DNA of 64,000 nucleotides from Bdellovibrionales bacterium (GTDB lineage: Bacteria; Bdellovibrionota; Bdellovibrionia; Bdellovibrionales; CAYMLA01). Positions 1-11,476 of the stretch are shown piece after piece. The notes under the pieces are model-generated. The model searched no databases and was not told where the DNA came from. It saw only the letters and a list, made by a program, of their open reading frames with translations. Position 1 is the stretch's first letter; every line of letters begins with the position of its first letter. Location of the stretch: positions 1,472,001 through 1,536,000 of the forward strand of contig OZ244239.1 in NCBI GenBank assembly GCA_965217115.1. The letters run 5' to 3'. The position numbers and the translations under genes were made by a program.

Positions 1-628
1 TTTCAAGCCAGGCCCATTGTTCTTTTCCGAGCATAGTTTTATTAGGAGAACTGTCTGGTATATAGCGTTCTGCTCCTTTTCTTGGTTTTTTTGTTTTCTT
101 TAGAGAGCTGCGAAAGTATCGAGTATCTAAAAGAATAATTTGTGTTTTTTGTCCGTTGCTTCCGAAGCTGTAACTAGTATAAAGACCAGAGCGTTTTCTT
201 CGCGGAGAGTGAGAGGGAGTGTTAAAAAAATCTAAGAATATTTTCTTAGATTGTTTTTTCCATTTGTGTTCAATACCACCGTCATTGAGGCCATAATCAT
301 GATCATCCCATATGGCAAGGATGGGTGTATCTCTGCGAAAACTTCGGTATTCTTTAGAGCTATCTAATTTTTTAAAGGCGTGTTTGAGGTAATTCAAATC
401 TCTGCCACTACCATAAACAACATCGCCAGCATAAATAAATAGGTCTGGTTTTTTCTTTGCAATAGACTGCCAAAACTTTTGATGTCCATCTTGTGAGGAA
501 CAAGAGCCAAAAGCGATTTTTGTTAGATGGGATGAGATTAAACCCTCTTCTTGTATGAATTGTTTTTTTAAACTCTGTTGGCATCCAAGAGAGAACAAAG
601 CAAATACTAGATAAATTAAGTTAGTCAT
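1..628 (-). CDS. phoD: PhoD-family alkaline phosphatase lipoprotein (5' part; runs off the window start)
   Basis: Manually translated from ATG at 628: MTNLIYLVFALFSLGC (lipobox)...IAFGSC...FIYAGDVVY...AIWDDHDYGLNDG, typical PhoD motifs. Absent from the ORF track because it is truncated. Confidence 0.85.
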   Translation of the reverse strand, partial: MTNLIYLVFALFSLGCQQSLKKQFIQEEGLISSHLTKIAFGSCSSQDGHQKFWQSIAKKKPDLFIYAGDVVYGSGRDLNYLKHAFKKLDSSKEYRSFRRDTPILAIWDDHDYGLNDGGIEHKWKKQSKKIFLDFFNTPSHSPRRKRSGLYTSYSFGSNGQKTQIILLDTRYFRSSLKKTKKPRKGAERYIPDSSPNKTMLGKEQWAWLE

Positions 629-828
629 TTTTTATATTACCCCTGTATATGATAAAAAATTTCTGCTTTAAATTAAATGAGCGGAAAATAGCATAAAATC
701 CACGTATTTTCAATATCTATTATAAATCTCCATTGATCTTTGAGTAGAGAAATTTTGAGCCTCTATGTACCTTGCCTGGACTAATATAGTAGGCTAGGCT
801 AGACAGAGGTAAAAAAGGGAAAATAGGC

Positions 829-1815
829 ATGAATAGTAAAATAAGTAGTATGAGCTTATTGATAATTTCAAGTGTTGTTGTTACGGGCGCCCTTGTTTAC
901 ACCAAAACAATCTTGATACCATTTGTTTTCTCTCTGTTTATTTATGCTGTTATATCCACTTATGCCGATTTCATACAAAATAAACTAAAAATACCTAAAG
1001 CAGTTGCATTAACTTTGATTATCTTAGTGGCGTTGTCTTTTTTTGTAGGGTTGTTTTTAGCAATAATTTTTTCATTAAATAATTTTCTGCAGGAAACGAC
1101 AATTTATCAGACAAAAATCGTGCAAGCCGGAGATTGGTTTGCAAGAGAAATTCAGAGTTATGGATATAATTTTGATAAGAATATACTGTTGGAAGAAATT
1201 AAAAATTTCCCTGTCTTCTCAGTAGCAAGAGATGTTTCAGGAGGTGTATTTTCATTAGTTGGGAATTTCTTTCTGATTTTAATATTTACGCTTTTTCTTC
1301 TTTTAGGTGAAGGGAGTGGCTCACACAAGATACTGTTGTGGGAAGAGGTAAAAGAAAAAATATCTAAATATCTATTAGTTAAGATTATAACATCATCTGT
1401 GACGGCAATCTTAGTTGTCTTATTACTCTCTCTCTGTGGGTCTGACTTGGCTTTTATGTTTGGGATATTAACTTTTTTATTAAATTTTATTCCAAACGTC
1501 GGTTCGTTAATTGCGACAGCGTTGCCTCTTCCAGTTTTATTTTTGCAATTTGGTTTAAATGGAGAGTTTTGGGCGTTCACTATCGGAGCTGCAGCGATTC
1601 AATTTATTATAGGTAATATTATTGAACCAAAATTTGTTGGAGAATCGGTGGGGCTTCACCCCCTTGTTATTTTGCTTTTTTTAATGTTTTGGGGGCTTGT
1701 TTGGGGAATTCCAGGAATGTTCTTGGCAGTCCCTATTACGGCGTTACTTAAAATTATTTTGGGAAAGATAACCGCGACGAAGAAATTGTCAGAGTTATTA
1801 GCTGGTCGGCTTTAG
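829..1815 (+). CDS. AI-2E family (PerM/TqsA-like) transporter
   Basis: Multi-TM protein with LNFIPNVG, GNIIEPKFVG and WGIPGMFLAVP motifs. Confidence 0.9.
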   Translation: MNSKISSMSLLIISSVVVTGALVYTKTILIPFVFSLFIYAVISTYADFIQNKLKIPKAVALTLIILVALSFFVGLFLAIIFSLNNFLQETTIYQTKIVQAGDWFAREIQSYGYNFDKNILLEEIKNFPVFSVARDVSGGVFSLVGNFFLILIFTLFLLLGEGSGSHKILLWEEVKEKISKYLLVKIITSSVTAILVVLLLSLCGSDLAFMFGILTFLLNFIPNVGSLIATALPLPVLFLQFGLNGEFWAFTIGAAAIQFIIGNIIEPKFVGESVGLHPLVILLFLMFWGLVWGIPGMFLAVPITALLKIILGKITATKKLSELLAGRL

Positions 1816-1856
1816 TAAAAAGAGTGGCAGGTGGAAATTAATTTAAAAAGTACTGA

Positions 1857-2294
1857 TCATTTTATCATTGAGAACATAAAGAAAAACCCTAGAGTTCTGA
1901 AAGTAAAGGCTATTATGCCGATGACTTTATGGTAATTCTTTAGTTTTTGAGAAGAAGACCCTCTGTATAAATTAAGACCAATAATAAAAACGGGGAAATA
2001 AAGAAGAATAGTAATGCTAGAGAAAAAAATATGAAGTTGTTGAAAGGAGTTTAGGGTCATTGAAAAAGTGGTGTCTATGGCTTGTCGAGTAAATTCCAGT
2101 ATAAGAACAATAGAAAAATCTAAAAAAATACCAATGGACATAAGTATGACATGAATTTTTTTAGTCTGACGAAAAACTAATCCTAAAACGAGGCAAAGGT
2201 AAGCAAATATTGAGACCGCAATATATGGGGTTAGCGCTAAGCCCATTAAGAAAAAAAATAGAGCAATGAGAGAAAAAAGAAAAATCATTTTCAT
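1857..2294 (-). CDS. Small multi-pass membrane protein, function unknown
   Basis: 145 aa with 4-5 hydrophobic segments and several His near TM ends; co-oriented with upstream genes. Confidence 0.6.
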   Translation of the reverse strand: MKMIFLFSLIALFFFLMGLALTPYIAVSIFAYLCLVLGLVFRQTKKIHVILMSIGIFLDFSIVLILEFTRQAIDTTFSMTLNSFQQLHIFFSSITILLYFPVFIIGLNLYRGSSSQKLKNYHKVIGIIAFTFRTLGFFFMFSMIK

Positions 2295-2315
2295 GGTAAA
2301 AAAATATATAAATTA

Positions 2316-2795
2316 TTATAGAGAAGAGCAAGGTTTTTTTAGAATATACTCTAGAAGTCCTTCACATGAAATTTCGAGTAAATCAAGAACGTGTTCAAAC
2401 CCTTGTTGCCCACTAGGGTATGGATCAGGGACTTGGGTTTCTGGAACATTTCTAGCAAAAGAGAGCATTTTAAAAATCTTCTGTTTTTCGTTAGTTGAAC
2501 TGGTAAGACTGAGGACATCAGAGTAATTACTGTCATCCATCGTGATAATATAATCAAAAGATTTAAAGTCTTCTTTAATAAACTGTCTACTGAGACTGTC
2601 GAGAATAAAATTTCGATTTTTAGCATATTGGCGCATACGCGAATCAGCTGGATGTCCAGAGTGATAACTAGAAGTTCCAGCGGAGTCACATATAATATTA
2701 GAGAGTTGTCTGTCTTTAATAAATTGTTTCATAATAGCTTCGGCAGCGGGTGAACGACAAATATTTCCGAGGCAAACAAAAAGGATTTTAGTCAT
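2316..2795 (-). CDS. Low-molecular-weight protein-tyrosine phosphatase
   Basis: VCLGNICRS P-loop, SAGT and DPY motifs. Confidence 0.93.
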   Translation of the reverse strand: MTKILFVCLGNICRSPAAEAIMKQFIKDRQLSNIICDSAGTSSYHSGHPADSRMRQYAKNRNFILDSLSRQFIKEDFKSFDYIITMDDSNYSDVLSLTSSTNEKQKIFKMLSFARNVPETQVPDPYPSGQQGFEHVLDLLEISCEGLLEYILKKPCSSL

Positions 2796-2802
2796 AGTAT
2801 GA

Positions 2803-4350
2803 TTACCCTTTTATAGAGTTAAAGAAACTTAAGCAGGATTTCTTATAAAGATCATTCTTGTAAAAATTTGATTGCACGCACTCTTTTAGTGCAGATTTCT
2901 TGATTTTCTCGATCTCTCCTGTTTGCTTTTGTTTCTGTGACCATTTAGAGACGTGACCATTTATTTTTGAGAGAATTTTTCCATTACGACCAACAAATGC
3001 ATCAGTCATTTTTAAGTTTTCAAAGAATATTTCTTTAGTGTATTTGAGGATTTCTGTTCTATTTTCTGGAGATAGGGAGATAAGATTTTTTAAATGTTTA
3101 GCTGCCCACTGTAGACGTGTGGCCTTGCCAGTAGATTTTTCATAGGCTTTTTTCGACCAAGAGAGAGAGTCAGTTTTGTTGCCAGATTCTTTTTCTAAAT
3201 AAGAAAGGGATGACATTAGATAATGAGGGCTAAGTGCGGTCGAAAGTTCTTTTTTCAGGATTTTTCGAACTTGCTCGGTAAGCCCTATTGCCACAAGAAA
3301 ATAAGAGGCAGAATTGAGAACAGAGAGGCGTTCGTATCCAGTCTTAGATTTCTTGATCGCATAAAGGCTCTCTGTTTTTAGAAGATGTTTTCTTTCTTTA
3401 CTGAGTATGTATTTACCGTCTTTCTCTGTGCTGAGCCCCAAAAGAGCAAATAAAGTGGTGAGTCTTTTCATAACGTCATCAGTACTTTCTCTTAGGTGAT
3501 CCATTGTGTCTAGATAGGTATTTATAAAAGATTTTTTTTCAGGAGAATCTTCCTTAGAGTAGAGAAAATTGATAAAAGAATGGGCAGAGTAGGATAGATT
3601 TGCAAGATTTTCCTTGGCGAGGTCTGGTGAATTTAGAATACCTTTTAATCTTTTCCGATATTTGTTTTTTTGTTCAGCGGTGAGGTTTTTCTTTTGTTTT
3701 TTTAGAGAGCGAGAGAGTATGCCTAAATAAGTTATGAATATTCTTTCTTTTTGTGACCTTAATTTTAGAGGGATTTTTTCATCTAAAATTTGAAATTTCT
3801 TACTCCAATCAGCTAAATTATTTTGAAGATTGAAATCCTGCTCCCAAGAGTGACTGGCAATTCTACTCCAATCGCCTTCTGTGGCTGAGCCGTTGAGAGC
3901 TGTTTTAACAACATTTTGGATGGGATGAAGGTTAGCATATAGCGATTTGAGGGCCTCTGCGAAGGCCTCTTTTGACAATGAATAGGAGAGACGTGTAATT
4001 TCTTTGCCATCAGGAGAGAGGATCATGAGGGTTGGATATCCTCTAGCTTTGAGTTTTTCTCCCCAATGTTGGGCACTCTTTGAATCTCCATCTAAGTACA
4101 CAGGTATGAAGTTCTTAGTTTCTTGGATAAAATGAGCGTGAGTAAAGACTCTAGATTTAATACTAGCACAGGGAGGACACCAGGAAGCTCCCCAGTAGAC
4201 AAAAAGAGGTTTGTTGAGTTTTGTGGCTTCTTGAAGCGCACTCTCCATCCCTGTCTTATGCCATGAAATTTTATTTGGTTCCTTTCTAGAGGAGCAGGAA
4301 ATGGAAAAAAACAAAAAAACTACAGATTGTAGAAGTATAAAGAGCTTCAT
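2803..4350 (-). CDS. Thioredoxin-family lipoprotein with long helical C-terminus
   Basis: Lipobox-like ISC, WCPPC active site and GYPT cis-Pro loop. Confidence 0.8.
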   Translation of the reverse strand: MKLFILLQSVVFLFFSISCSSRKEPNKISWHKTGMESALQEATKLNKPLFVYWGASWCPPCASIKSRVFTHAHFIQETKNFIPVYLDGDSKSAQHWGEKLKARGYPTLMILSPDGKEITRLSYSLSKEAFAEALKSLYANLHPIQNVVKTALNGSATEGDWSRIASHSWEQDFNLQNNLADWSKKFQILDEKIPLKLRSQKERIFITYLGILSRSLKKQKKNLTAEQKNKYRKRLKGILNSPDLAKENLANLSYSAHSFINFLYSKEDSPEKKSFINTYLDTMDHLRESTDDVMKRLTTLFALLGLSTEKDGKYILSKERKHLLKTESLYAIKKSKTGYERLSVLNSASYFLVAIGLTEQVRKILKKELSTALSPHYLMSSLSYLEKESGNKTDSLSWSKKAYEKSTGKATRLQWAAKHLKNLISLSPENRTEILKYTKEIFFENLKMTDAFVGRNGKILSKINGHVSKWSQKQKQTGEIEKIKKSALKECVQSNFYKNDLYKKSCLSFFNSIKG

Positions 4351-4511
4351 AGAGCCTCATAATGCATGTAAGTTAGTTGTTGATCAATGAGTTTAGAGGA
4401 GTATTTTAGTAGAATTTTTATAAAAAATCAACAAGCCATTAGACGAGGCCATAAAGAAAACTGTGAAAAAATAGTGAGCTAAGGCCCTTATATTGTGAAA
4501 TATTTAAATTT

Positions 4512-5438
4512 ATGTCAGACTTTAAGATGCTGTTTGGCAACAGCTCCTTAAATAAAAGGGAAGAGATGAATTCAGAGAGTGAAAAATCGATAAAATTGAT
4601 TTTAATTTACAGAGACACTGTGAAAAAGGTCATAAATTTTTCTATTTTTCTGATCGTTTTACTCTGGCTCGTTTTGGTCGCATTCTATGCATTAACTAGT
4701 GGAGATGAAAGTTATTGGAGTGTCCTTGTTAAGGTTGCCTTATCCTCATCTGTTCTAGTGACAGCATTTTATAGACTTGTTTTTTATTTTCATCCTCGGA
4801 TTTACACACGCTATGAACTTTATAAAGATCATTTAATTGTAATTTTTAAAAACAAGAGATATGAACTGAAGTTCTCTGCAATCAAGAACATCTGGATATC
4901 CACTTTATCACCACGGTTTTTTGGAGGGTTTGGGATTGAGATGAAAAATGGTAAGAAGTTTTACTTTCTATCAATGTTAAAAAACAATGAACAGATTCTT
5001 CATGAAATTCAAAAAAACAAGGGTTCTCTTTTAGAGATAAAAAAAATTAAAAAATATGAAAAAACGAGTCAAACGGTCGATGTCTCTTGGGAAAGAATAA
5101 AAGAGGGACTCGTTGATGGCCGACTTTTAATATTTAAACTTATTGTAATACCAATGCTATTAAGCTTATCTCTTCTATTGAGGTGGCAGCCTTTGTCAAA
5201 TTGGAATTTAGTATCAAGTGAGTTTGCGTTGAAGATTTTTTTGCCGATATTATTTTGTTGGATTCTATTAGCAATATTGAACATTTATAAAGAAAAAATA
5301 GTGATTGAGCATCTGATAAAAAGTCGAGAAAAGAGATTCATACACAGGGATATAGAGCATGAAAAAAAATGGGAACGGCGATTTTATTTTCTCTATGCAT
5401 TAACGATACTAGCCGTAATATTGCTTAATTTTATATAG
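4512..5438 (+). CDS. Hypothetical membrane protein
   Basis: 308 aa ORF with about 5 TM segments and a soluble PH-like stretch; start may be ATG 4566. Confidence 0.55.
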   Translation: MSDFKMLFGNSSLNKREEMNSESEKSIKLILIYRDTVKKVINFSIFLIVLLWLVLVAFYALTSGDESYWSVLVKVALSSSVLVTAFYRLVFYFHPRIYTRYELYKDHLIVIFKNKRYELKFSAIKNIWISTLSPRFFGGFGIEMKNGKKFYFLSMLKNNEQILHEIQKNKGSLLEIKKIKKYEKTSQTVDVSWERIKEGLVDGRLLIFKLIVIPMLLSLSLLLRWQPLSNWNLVSSEFALKIFLPILFCWILLAILNIYKEKIVIEHLIKSREKRFIHRDIEHEKKWERRFYFLYALTILAVILLNFI

Positions 5439-6092
5439 CTACTTGAGTATGTCTTCAAAGAAAGCCCCGTATGCTCCATTATTACTAATTAGATGTATTT
5501 CTAAAACCCAAAGATTCTTACAGGGAATATCGTTTATTTGCTTCATCCCTCCTTTGTAGAATAAATGGTGTGGAAAGTCTCCAATGCGGTGCCCTTTCAT
5601 TTGAATATTAAGTGTGTAGCCTAAGTGTTTGGCGTAGAACTCGGCAAATTCGTATAAATCAGCCCCTGTTTTTTGTTCATTTCTCCAAATGTCAGCTGTT
5701 TTGTTAAAAACTTCATAACAGGCAAGTTTAATTTTTTGGTATGCAGTGTTTTCTCCGAGAACGAATGTGTTGCCGTGATCACCTTCGTGGTTTTGCCAAA
5801 CAGGGCCAATATCTATAAAAAAAATGTCATTGTCTTTTAATTTGATGTTTGGTGCAGATTTATCAGAGAAGGATTTACTTGTATTAACGCCAATTCTAAA
5901 CTTGTTTGGATGCCATTTTTTATTGGAACCCATGTTATTAAGGGTCCTGTCAATTAGGTCAGAGCCGTCTTTTTCTGTCATTCCTATTTCAACTGAAGAT
6001 GCGATTGCTCCAACAGCTTTGATCGTTAAGTCCCGTACTTTTAAGAAGTTTTCTAAGTTAAAGTTACTCCCGACACCGTGTATTGATTTCAT
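5439..6092 (-). CDS. M24-family (MetAP/Xaa-Pro-like) metallopeptidase, catalytic domain only
   Basis: Metal ligands D (FIDIGP), D (EGDHG), H (GHRIG), E (VLEIH), E (FFEDIL). ATG 6092 is preferred because the longer ORF overlaps the HAD gene. Confidence 0.85.
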   Translation of the reverse strand: MKSIHGVGSNFNLENFLKVRDLTIKAVGAIASSVEIGMTEKDGSDLIDRTLNNMGSNKKWHPNKFRIGVNTSKSFSDKSAPNIKLKDNDIFFIDIGPVWQNHEGDHGNTFVLGENTAYQKIKLACYEVFNKTADIWRNEQKTGADLYEFAEFYAKHLGYTLNIQMKGHRIGDFPHHLFYKGGMKQINDIPCKNLWVLEIHLISNNGAYGAFFEDILK

Positions 6093-6099
6093 ATGTGTA

Positions 6100-6870
6100 T
6101 CACGATAGAGAGGAAAAAGAGTGGGATAGCCAGCCCCTTTTTTTTGCTTCCAAATGCAGTTTTTCTTCTTCGGTGAATAGAGGATGGTTTTTAGGGTTTG
6201 CGCGTACAGCAATAGATATCTTGGCTGATTCGAGAAGCGGCAAATCCCCCAGAGTGTTACCAACGGCGAGCAGGGGGTGTTGACCTGTAACTTGCTTTAG
6301 TTTTTCGACTTTGCCCTCGCGCCAAGTGATAGGGTTGATGACTCTGTTTGTGATAAGGGTCTCTTTTTCCAAAGAGGGCTCTGTTTCAGTCTCAATTCCA
6401 AGAACATTTTCAGTGGGAATATTGAAGAGGTGAGCAAATGGTTCTGCCGCCCATTTACAGGATGCTGTGACGATGTAAACCTCTATGTTTTGAGAATGAA
6501 GCCACTCGATGAGTTTCTTTTGTTGAGGGAAAATGGGGATATCTTGGAAGCTTTTGAATGATTCTCTTCCCCAGGCTTGAATATCGCTTAAAGAGTGGCC
6601 TGCGTTGATTTGAGCAAGCCATGCGAGCCCATTGGGTGGAGAGATGGATTTTTTGTCCTCATAAACCTGGAAAGGGTTGGGAGGAAGATCGTTGACAAGC
6701 TTGTTTTCGATTTGAAATCGAAAGAAGAATTCGCCAATATCAGTGTTCCAGAGAGTTCCATCGGCATCAAAAGCGGCAATTAAAGGTTGAGAAGAGGACG
6801 AATCTTGAGCATCATGGACCTTTCTTTTGATTGTTTCTATCATGTCTGTAGGATAATCAAAATATTGCAT
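6100..6870 (-). CDS. HAD-superfamily hydrolase (phosphoserine-phosphatase-like)
   Basis: FDADGTLW motif I, VTAS motif II, GK, and GNTLGD motif IV. Confidence 0.88.
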   Translation of the reverse strand: MQYFDYPTDMIETIKRKVHDAQDSSSSQPLIAAFDADGTLWNTDIGEFFFRFQIENKLVNDLPPNPFQVYEDKKSISPPNGLAWLAQINAGHSLSDIQAWGRESFKSFQDIPIFPQQKKLIEWLHSQNIEVYIVTASCKWAAEPFAHLFNIPTENVLGIETETEPSLEKETLITNRVINPITWREGKVEKLKQVTGQHPLLAVGNTLGDLPLLESAKISIAVRANPKNHPLFTEEEKLHLEAKKRGWLSHSFSSLS

Positions 6871-6898
6871 ACAAAGAGCCTAGATCTAAGGGGATAAA

Positions 6899-7402
6899 TT
6901 GTCACGACTTTTAGAGTTTAAGATAGATGTTTTACTAGAGACCCATCTCTCTGAACTGGAAGCTTTTGAAAAAGAGATCCTACGCAGTAAGTGCGATCAG
7001 GGTATTTATGTAAATGCCATGGAAGCAGAGATAAGTTCTTGGTCTTCCCCGTCTCGTCAAGAGTCTTTGGAGAGTTATTTGCCTAAGGGATGGTCTTTTT
7101 CTGTCAGAGATTTAAAAGAAAATAAACTATTAGGATATTTTTTGGGGCAACCATTGTTGTTTTTTCAAAAGCAAACACAGGTTTTATGGATAGAGCATAT
7201 GATGGCTTTGTCAGAGGCAGTGTATGATTGTTTGATCGAAGTGGCTTATAGGCAGGCTAGAGAGAAACATCTACAGAGAGTTTACTTTGCTAACTGCGAA
7301 GAAGAGTCTGTTGTTTCTAAGAAAATAGAGAAAGAATTTACAGGGGAAAGATGGGCTAAAGAGGTTTACGTCGTAGCAACAACAAAGGGGGCAAAGTGCT
7401 AA
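6899..7402 (+). CDS. Hypothetical protein, possible GNAT-like fold
   Basis: LLGYFLGQ...LWIEHM...LIEVAYRQAREKHLQRVYF pattern; overlaps the glpD start. Confidence 0.5.
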   Translation: MSRLLEFKIDVLLETHLSELEAFEKEILRSKCDQGIYVNAMEAEISSWSSPSRQESLESYLPKGWSFSVRDLKENKLLGYFLGQPLLFFQKQTQVLWIEHMMALSEAVYDCLIEVAYRQAREKHLQRVYFANCEEESVVSKKIEKEFTGERWAKEVYVVATTKGAKC

Positions 7403-9012
7403 TGGAGTCATCTGTTCCAGAATTTTCTTGGATGACGAGAAGAGCAAATATAAAAAGACTTCAGACAGAGATCTTTGATCTTGTCATTATCGGTGGAGGT
7501 ATTAACGGAGCAGGAGTTGCGAGGGATGCTGCTAGCCGAGGGATGAAGGTCGCTCTTGTAGAGGCTCAGGATTTTGCTGAGGGGACAAGTTCTCGCTCAA
7601 GTAAACTTGCACACGGAGGAATTCGTTATTTAGAAAACTTAGAGTTTGGCTTGGTCCATGAGTCTTTGTCAGAAAGACAAACTCTTTTTGAAATTGCTCC
7701 GAATCTTTGTCGACCTTTAGAGTTTCTAATTCCTATTTTTTCATCAAGTCGTGTAGGTATGTGGAAAATGGGGCTGGGGATGTGGCTCTATGATTTACTT
7801 TCATCTTTGGGTTCTCCAGGTTTACATACTCATTGGGGGGTTGAGGAGTTAATAGATCAGGTTCCGAATTTAAAACAAGATAAACTAAAAGGTGGATATA
7901 GTTATTACGATGGATATATGGATGATGATCGGTTGGTAATTGAAACGTTAAGGTCTGCTCATCGTGCACAAGAGAGTGCCGCTATTTGCAATTTTGTGAA
8001 AGTAGAAGGATTAACTTTTACAGGTGATCGTTGCACTGGAGTTACTTGTGAAGATAGGGTTTCAGGAAAATCTTGGAGTGTGAAAGCTAAGAAGGTCGTG
8101 TCTTGTCTAGGGCCTTGGACTGATCTTTTTGCAAAATCTCATTTGAATCATTGGCGCACTTGTTTGCGGCCAACTAAAGGTGTTCATATTAGTTTTTCTA
8201 AGGAGAAATTTTCTTTAAGTAAAGCCGTAGTGATGGCAGTGGAGAAAAGAATTATTTTTGTTATTCCTAGGGATAACTATGTTTTGGTGGGAACAACGGA
8301 TACAGATTTTAAGGGTGACCCAGGTGCTGTGAGTGTTGAAAAAGAGGATATAGATTACATTCTGAATGCTCTTAGAGATTATTTCCCGGAACTGAAGTTA
8401 AGTATCAATGATATCATTGGTCGATACGCAGGAGTGCGACCTCTGGTTTTTGACGGAGCTGAGAGTGAGGGCAAAACGAGTAGAGAGCATAAAATTTATC
8501 AAGATTCCAGTGGGGTTGTTTTTCTTGTTGGTGGTAAATACACAACTTATAGGAAGATGGCTGAAGAGACGGTAGATAAGGTGTTGGATGATTTCTCTTT
8601 GGAGGATCAGGCCCTCTATGGGAGGAGCCAGACAAAAGAGCCTTTGCACAGGGAGTGTAGTTTGGAAAATTATCGTCGAACGCAGGCTTGGACTGAGGGA
8701 TTGTCAAATTCCTATGGAATGAACTCTGAGGATGTTCAAAAACTGATTCGTCGCCATGGCTTGTTGGCTTTTGAATTACTGAAAGAAGGTAGGGGTCAGT
8801 GGAGCTATTGGCAATGTGAGGCATACTACGGGGCTAACTACACTATGTGTCGAGGGCTATCAGATTTCTTTAAACGTCGGAGTGATGTATTTTTATCGGT
8901 TCGAGATAGAGGTGAGTCCATTGTTGATGAAATTCTAGGAGTTTTTGCCCAATATTTAGGTTGGGATCAGGAGGAATGTGAAAAACAAAGAATTGAGTTT
9001 AAAAGAGCGTAA
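7396..9012 (+). CDS. glpD: FAD-dependent glycerol-3-phosphate dehydrogenase
   Basis: IGGGINGAG, GTSSRSSKLAHGGIRYL, GTTD, AGVRPL and GGKYTTYR motifs. Confidence 0.93.
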   Translation: MLMESSVPEFSWMTRRANIKRLQTEIFDLVIIGGGINGAGVARDAASRGMKVALVEAQDFAEGTSSRSSKLAHGGIRYLENLEFGLVHESLSERQTLFEIAPNLCRPLEFLIPIFSSSRVGMWKMGLGMWLYDLLSSLGSPGLHTHWGVEELIDQVPNLKQDKLKGGYSYYDGYMDDDRLVIETLRSAHRAQESAAICNFVKVEGLTFTGDRCTGVTCEDRVSGKSWSVKAKKVVSCLGPWTDLFAKSHLNHWRTCLRPTKGVHISFSKEKFSLSKAVVMAVEKRIIFVIPRDNYVLVGTTDTDFKGDPGAVSVEKEDIDYILNALRDYFPELKLSINDIIGRYAGVRPLVFDGAESEGKTSREHKIYQDSSGVVFLVGGKYTTYRKMAEETVDKVLDDFSLEDQALYGRSQTKEPLHRECSLENYRRTQAWTEGLSNSYGMNSEDVQKLIRRHGLLAFELLKEGRGQWSYWQCEAYYGANYTMCRGLSDFFKRRSDVFLSVRDRGESIVDEILGVFAQYLGWDQEECEKQRIEFKRA

Positions 9013-9081
9013 ATTTCCGGGGTTGATAACTAGGTGCGAAAAAACACACGGTGAAGCTGGGCTAGTGTATAACTAACTGTA

Positions 9082-9110
9082 TTGACTCTTTTTTGATGAA
9101 TGTCTAGAGT
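9082..9110 (+). promoter_or_regulatory. sigma70-type promoter of mreB
   Basis: TTGACT-17 bp-TAGAGT about 45 bp upstream of the mreB ATG. Confidence 0.55.
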
Positions 9111-9138
9111 GGGTATGTATTGATTAGGAGAAATTTAA

Positions 9139-10197
<1,059 letters not shown>

Positions 10198-10213
10198 CTA
10201 AAATAGAGGGGTT

Positions 10214-10642
10214 ATGACAGATAGAGATGTTCACTTAATCTCTGCGTTTTTCTTTTATGTTTTTCTAGATGAGGATATGGCTGTACGGGCTTCGCATAGA
10301 GCTTTCCCTGTTATAAACAAAAAAATAAAAAAAAACAAATTAGAGAAAGATTCAGTTTTTGTTACGACCACCTTTAGTTTATGGAACTCCTATCGGAAAC
10401 ACTTAGATCAGAAAATAAAAATCAGAGAAGAAAAGATGACATCATTTTCCTTGAGCACTGTGTATTTGGAAAAGTGGATTTCTTTTCGAGAAAAAGCTGC
10501 TGAAGATGAATTTCTTGCTGTTATTTGGAATAAAGTTTTGGGTATTTCAGAAAAAGACATTTCTTTAGGACTAGGGGTGGGATTGGGAACAGTTCGATAC
10601 CGTGTTGGCAGAGGGCTATCACTATTAGGTGAGCAAGCATGA
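10214..10642 (+). CDS. Divergent ECF-sigma-like protein (region-4 HTH)
   Basis: C-terminal GISEKDISLGLGVGLGTVRYRVGRGL matches sigma region 4.2; the N-terminal region-2-like segment is weak. Confidence 0.55.
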   Translation: MTDRDVHLISAFFFYVFLDEDMAVRASHRAFPVINKKIKKNKLEKDSVFVTTTFSLWNSYRKHLDQKIKIREEKMTSFSLSTVYLEKWISFREKAAEDEFLAVIWNKVLGISEKDISLGLGVGLGTVRYRVGRGLSLLGEQA

Positions 10643-11442
10643 ATTGGGAGTTTAGTTTTTCCAAATATGGCAAAAGAAATTTATCAACTTTTTTCGCAAA
10701 GCAGATGTTATTTGATTATGTAGAAGAAGAACTTGATGATGAGAGGATGGGTGCCTTTGAGGATTATTTATCCTGTCATCCTGAATTTAAAAAAAAAATA
10801 GAGAACATTGAAAAAGGAATTTATTTTTGTAAAAAATTACAGCAAATAAAGTTATCAAATGAGCTACAAGAAGAGTTTAGAAAAAAATTAGAAAAGAAGC
10901 CTTTAATAAAGAGAACATTTTTTCCATATTGGAAAACAAAAACTTTAGTGACAGTGGTAATTGTTATGCTTTTTATTTATAGAGATAAAATTGAAAATCT
11001 TTGGATAAGCCAAATTCTAAATAAGAGTTCAACAATAGTGAAAGTTGATAGAGACAAGAAATTTCAGGTGATTCCTCGTTATGTCAATGAAGAACCAATC
11101 TCTTCTTTTAATATCGGTTTAAGTAAAAAAGTAGAAGAAAAAGAGACTGGCAAAGGTGCCGTCTACAGAGTATTCATGGAAAACAAAAATATAGAGGAGA
11201 CTTCAGATATCATTGTTAATAAGATTATAGATTTAGGTGGTCGAAAAGCGGGCGAAGTTAAGCTTGGTTGGAAGAAAAAAAAGGGGAGTTATTTTTATTT
11301 TATTTTACCGGAGAAGAATAAAAAGGAATTAATGGATTTTCTTAAACAGTTTTCTGTTGTGAGGGTGGAAAAACAACCGCATGAGCGTATTATAAGTTAT
11401 GGAAACATTAGGCTTATTCTTTGGGTTAAAGAAAATAAATAA
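10639..11442 (+). CDS. Anti-sigma-like single-pass membrane protein
   Basis: LFDYVEEELDDERMGAFEDYL resembles the ZAS/zf-HC2 scaffold; one TM; translationally coupled (ATGA) to the sigma-like gene. Confidence 0.5.
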   Translation: MNWEFSFSKYGKRNLSTFFAKQMLFDYVEEELDDERMGAFEDYLSCHPEFKKKIENIEKGIYFCKKLQQIKLSNELQEEFRKKLEKKPLIKRTFFPYWKTKTLVTVVIVMLFIYRDKIENLWISQILNKSSTIVKVDRDKKFQVIPRYVNEEPISSFNIGLSKKVEEKETGKGAVYRVFMENKNIEETSDIIVNKIIDLGGRKAGEVKLGWKKKKGSYFYFILPEKNKKELMDFLKQFSVVRVEKQPHERIISYGNIRLILWVKENK

Positions 11443-11476
11443 TTAAATTATTATATTATAAGTTGAAAGGTTTTAT

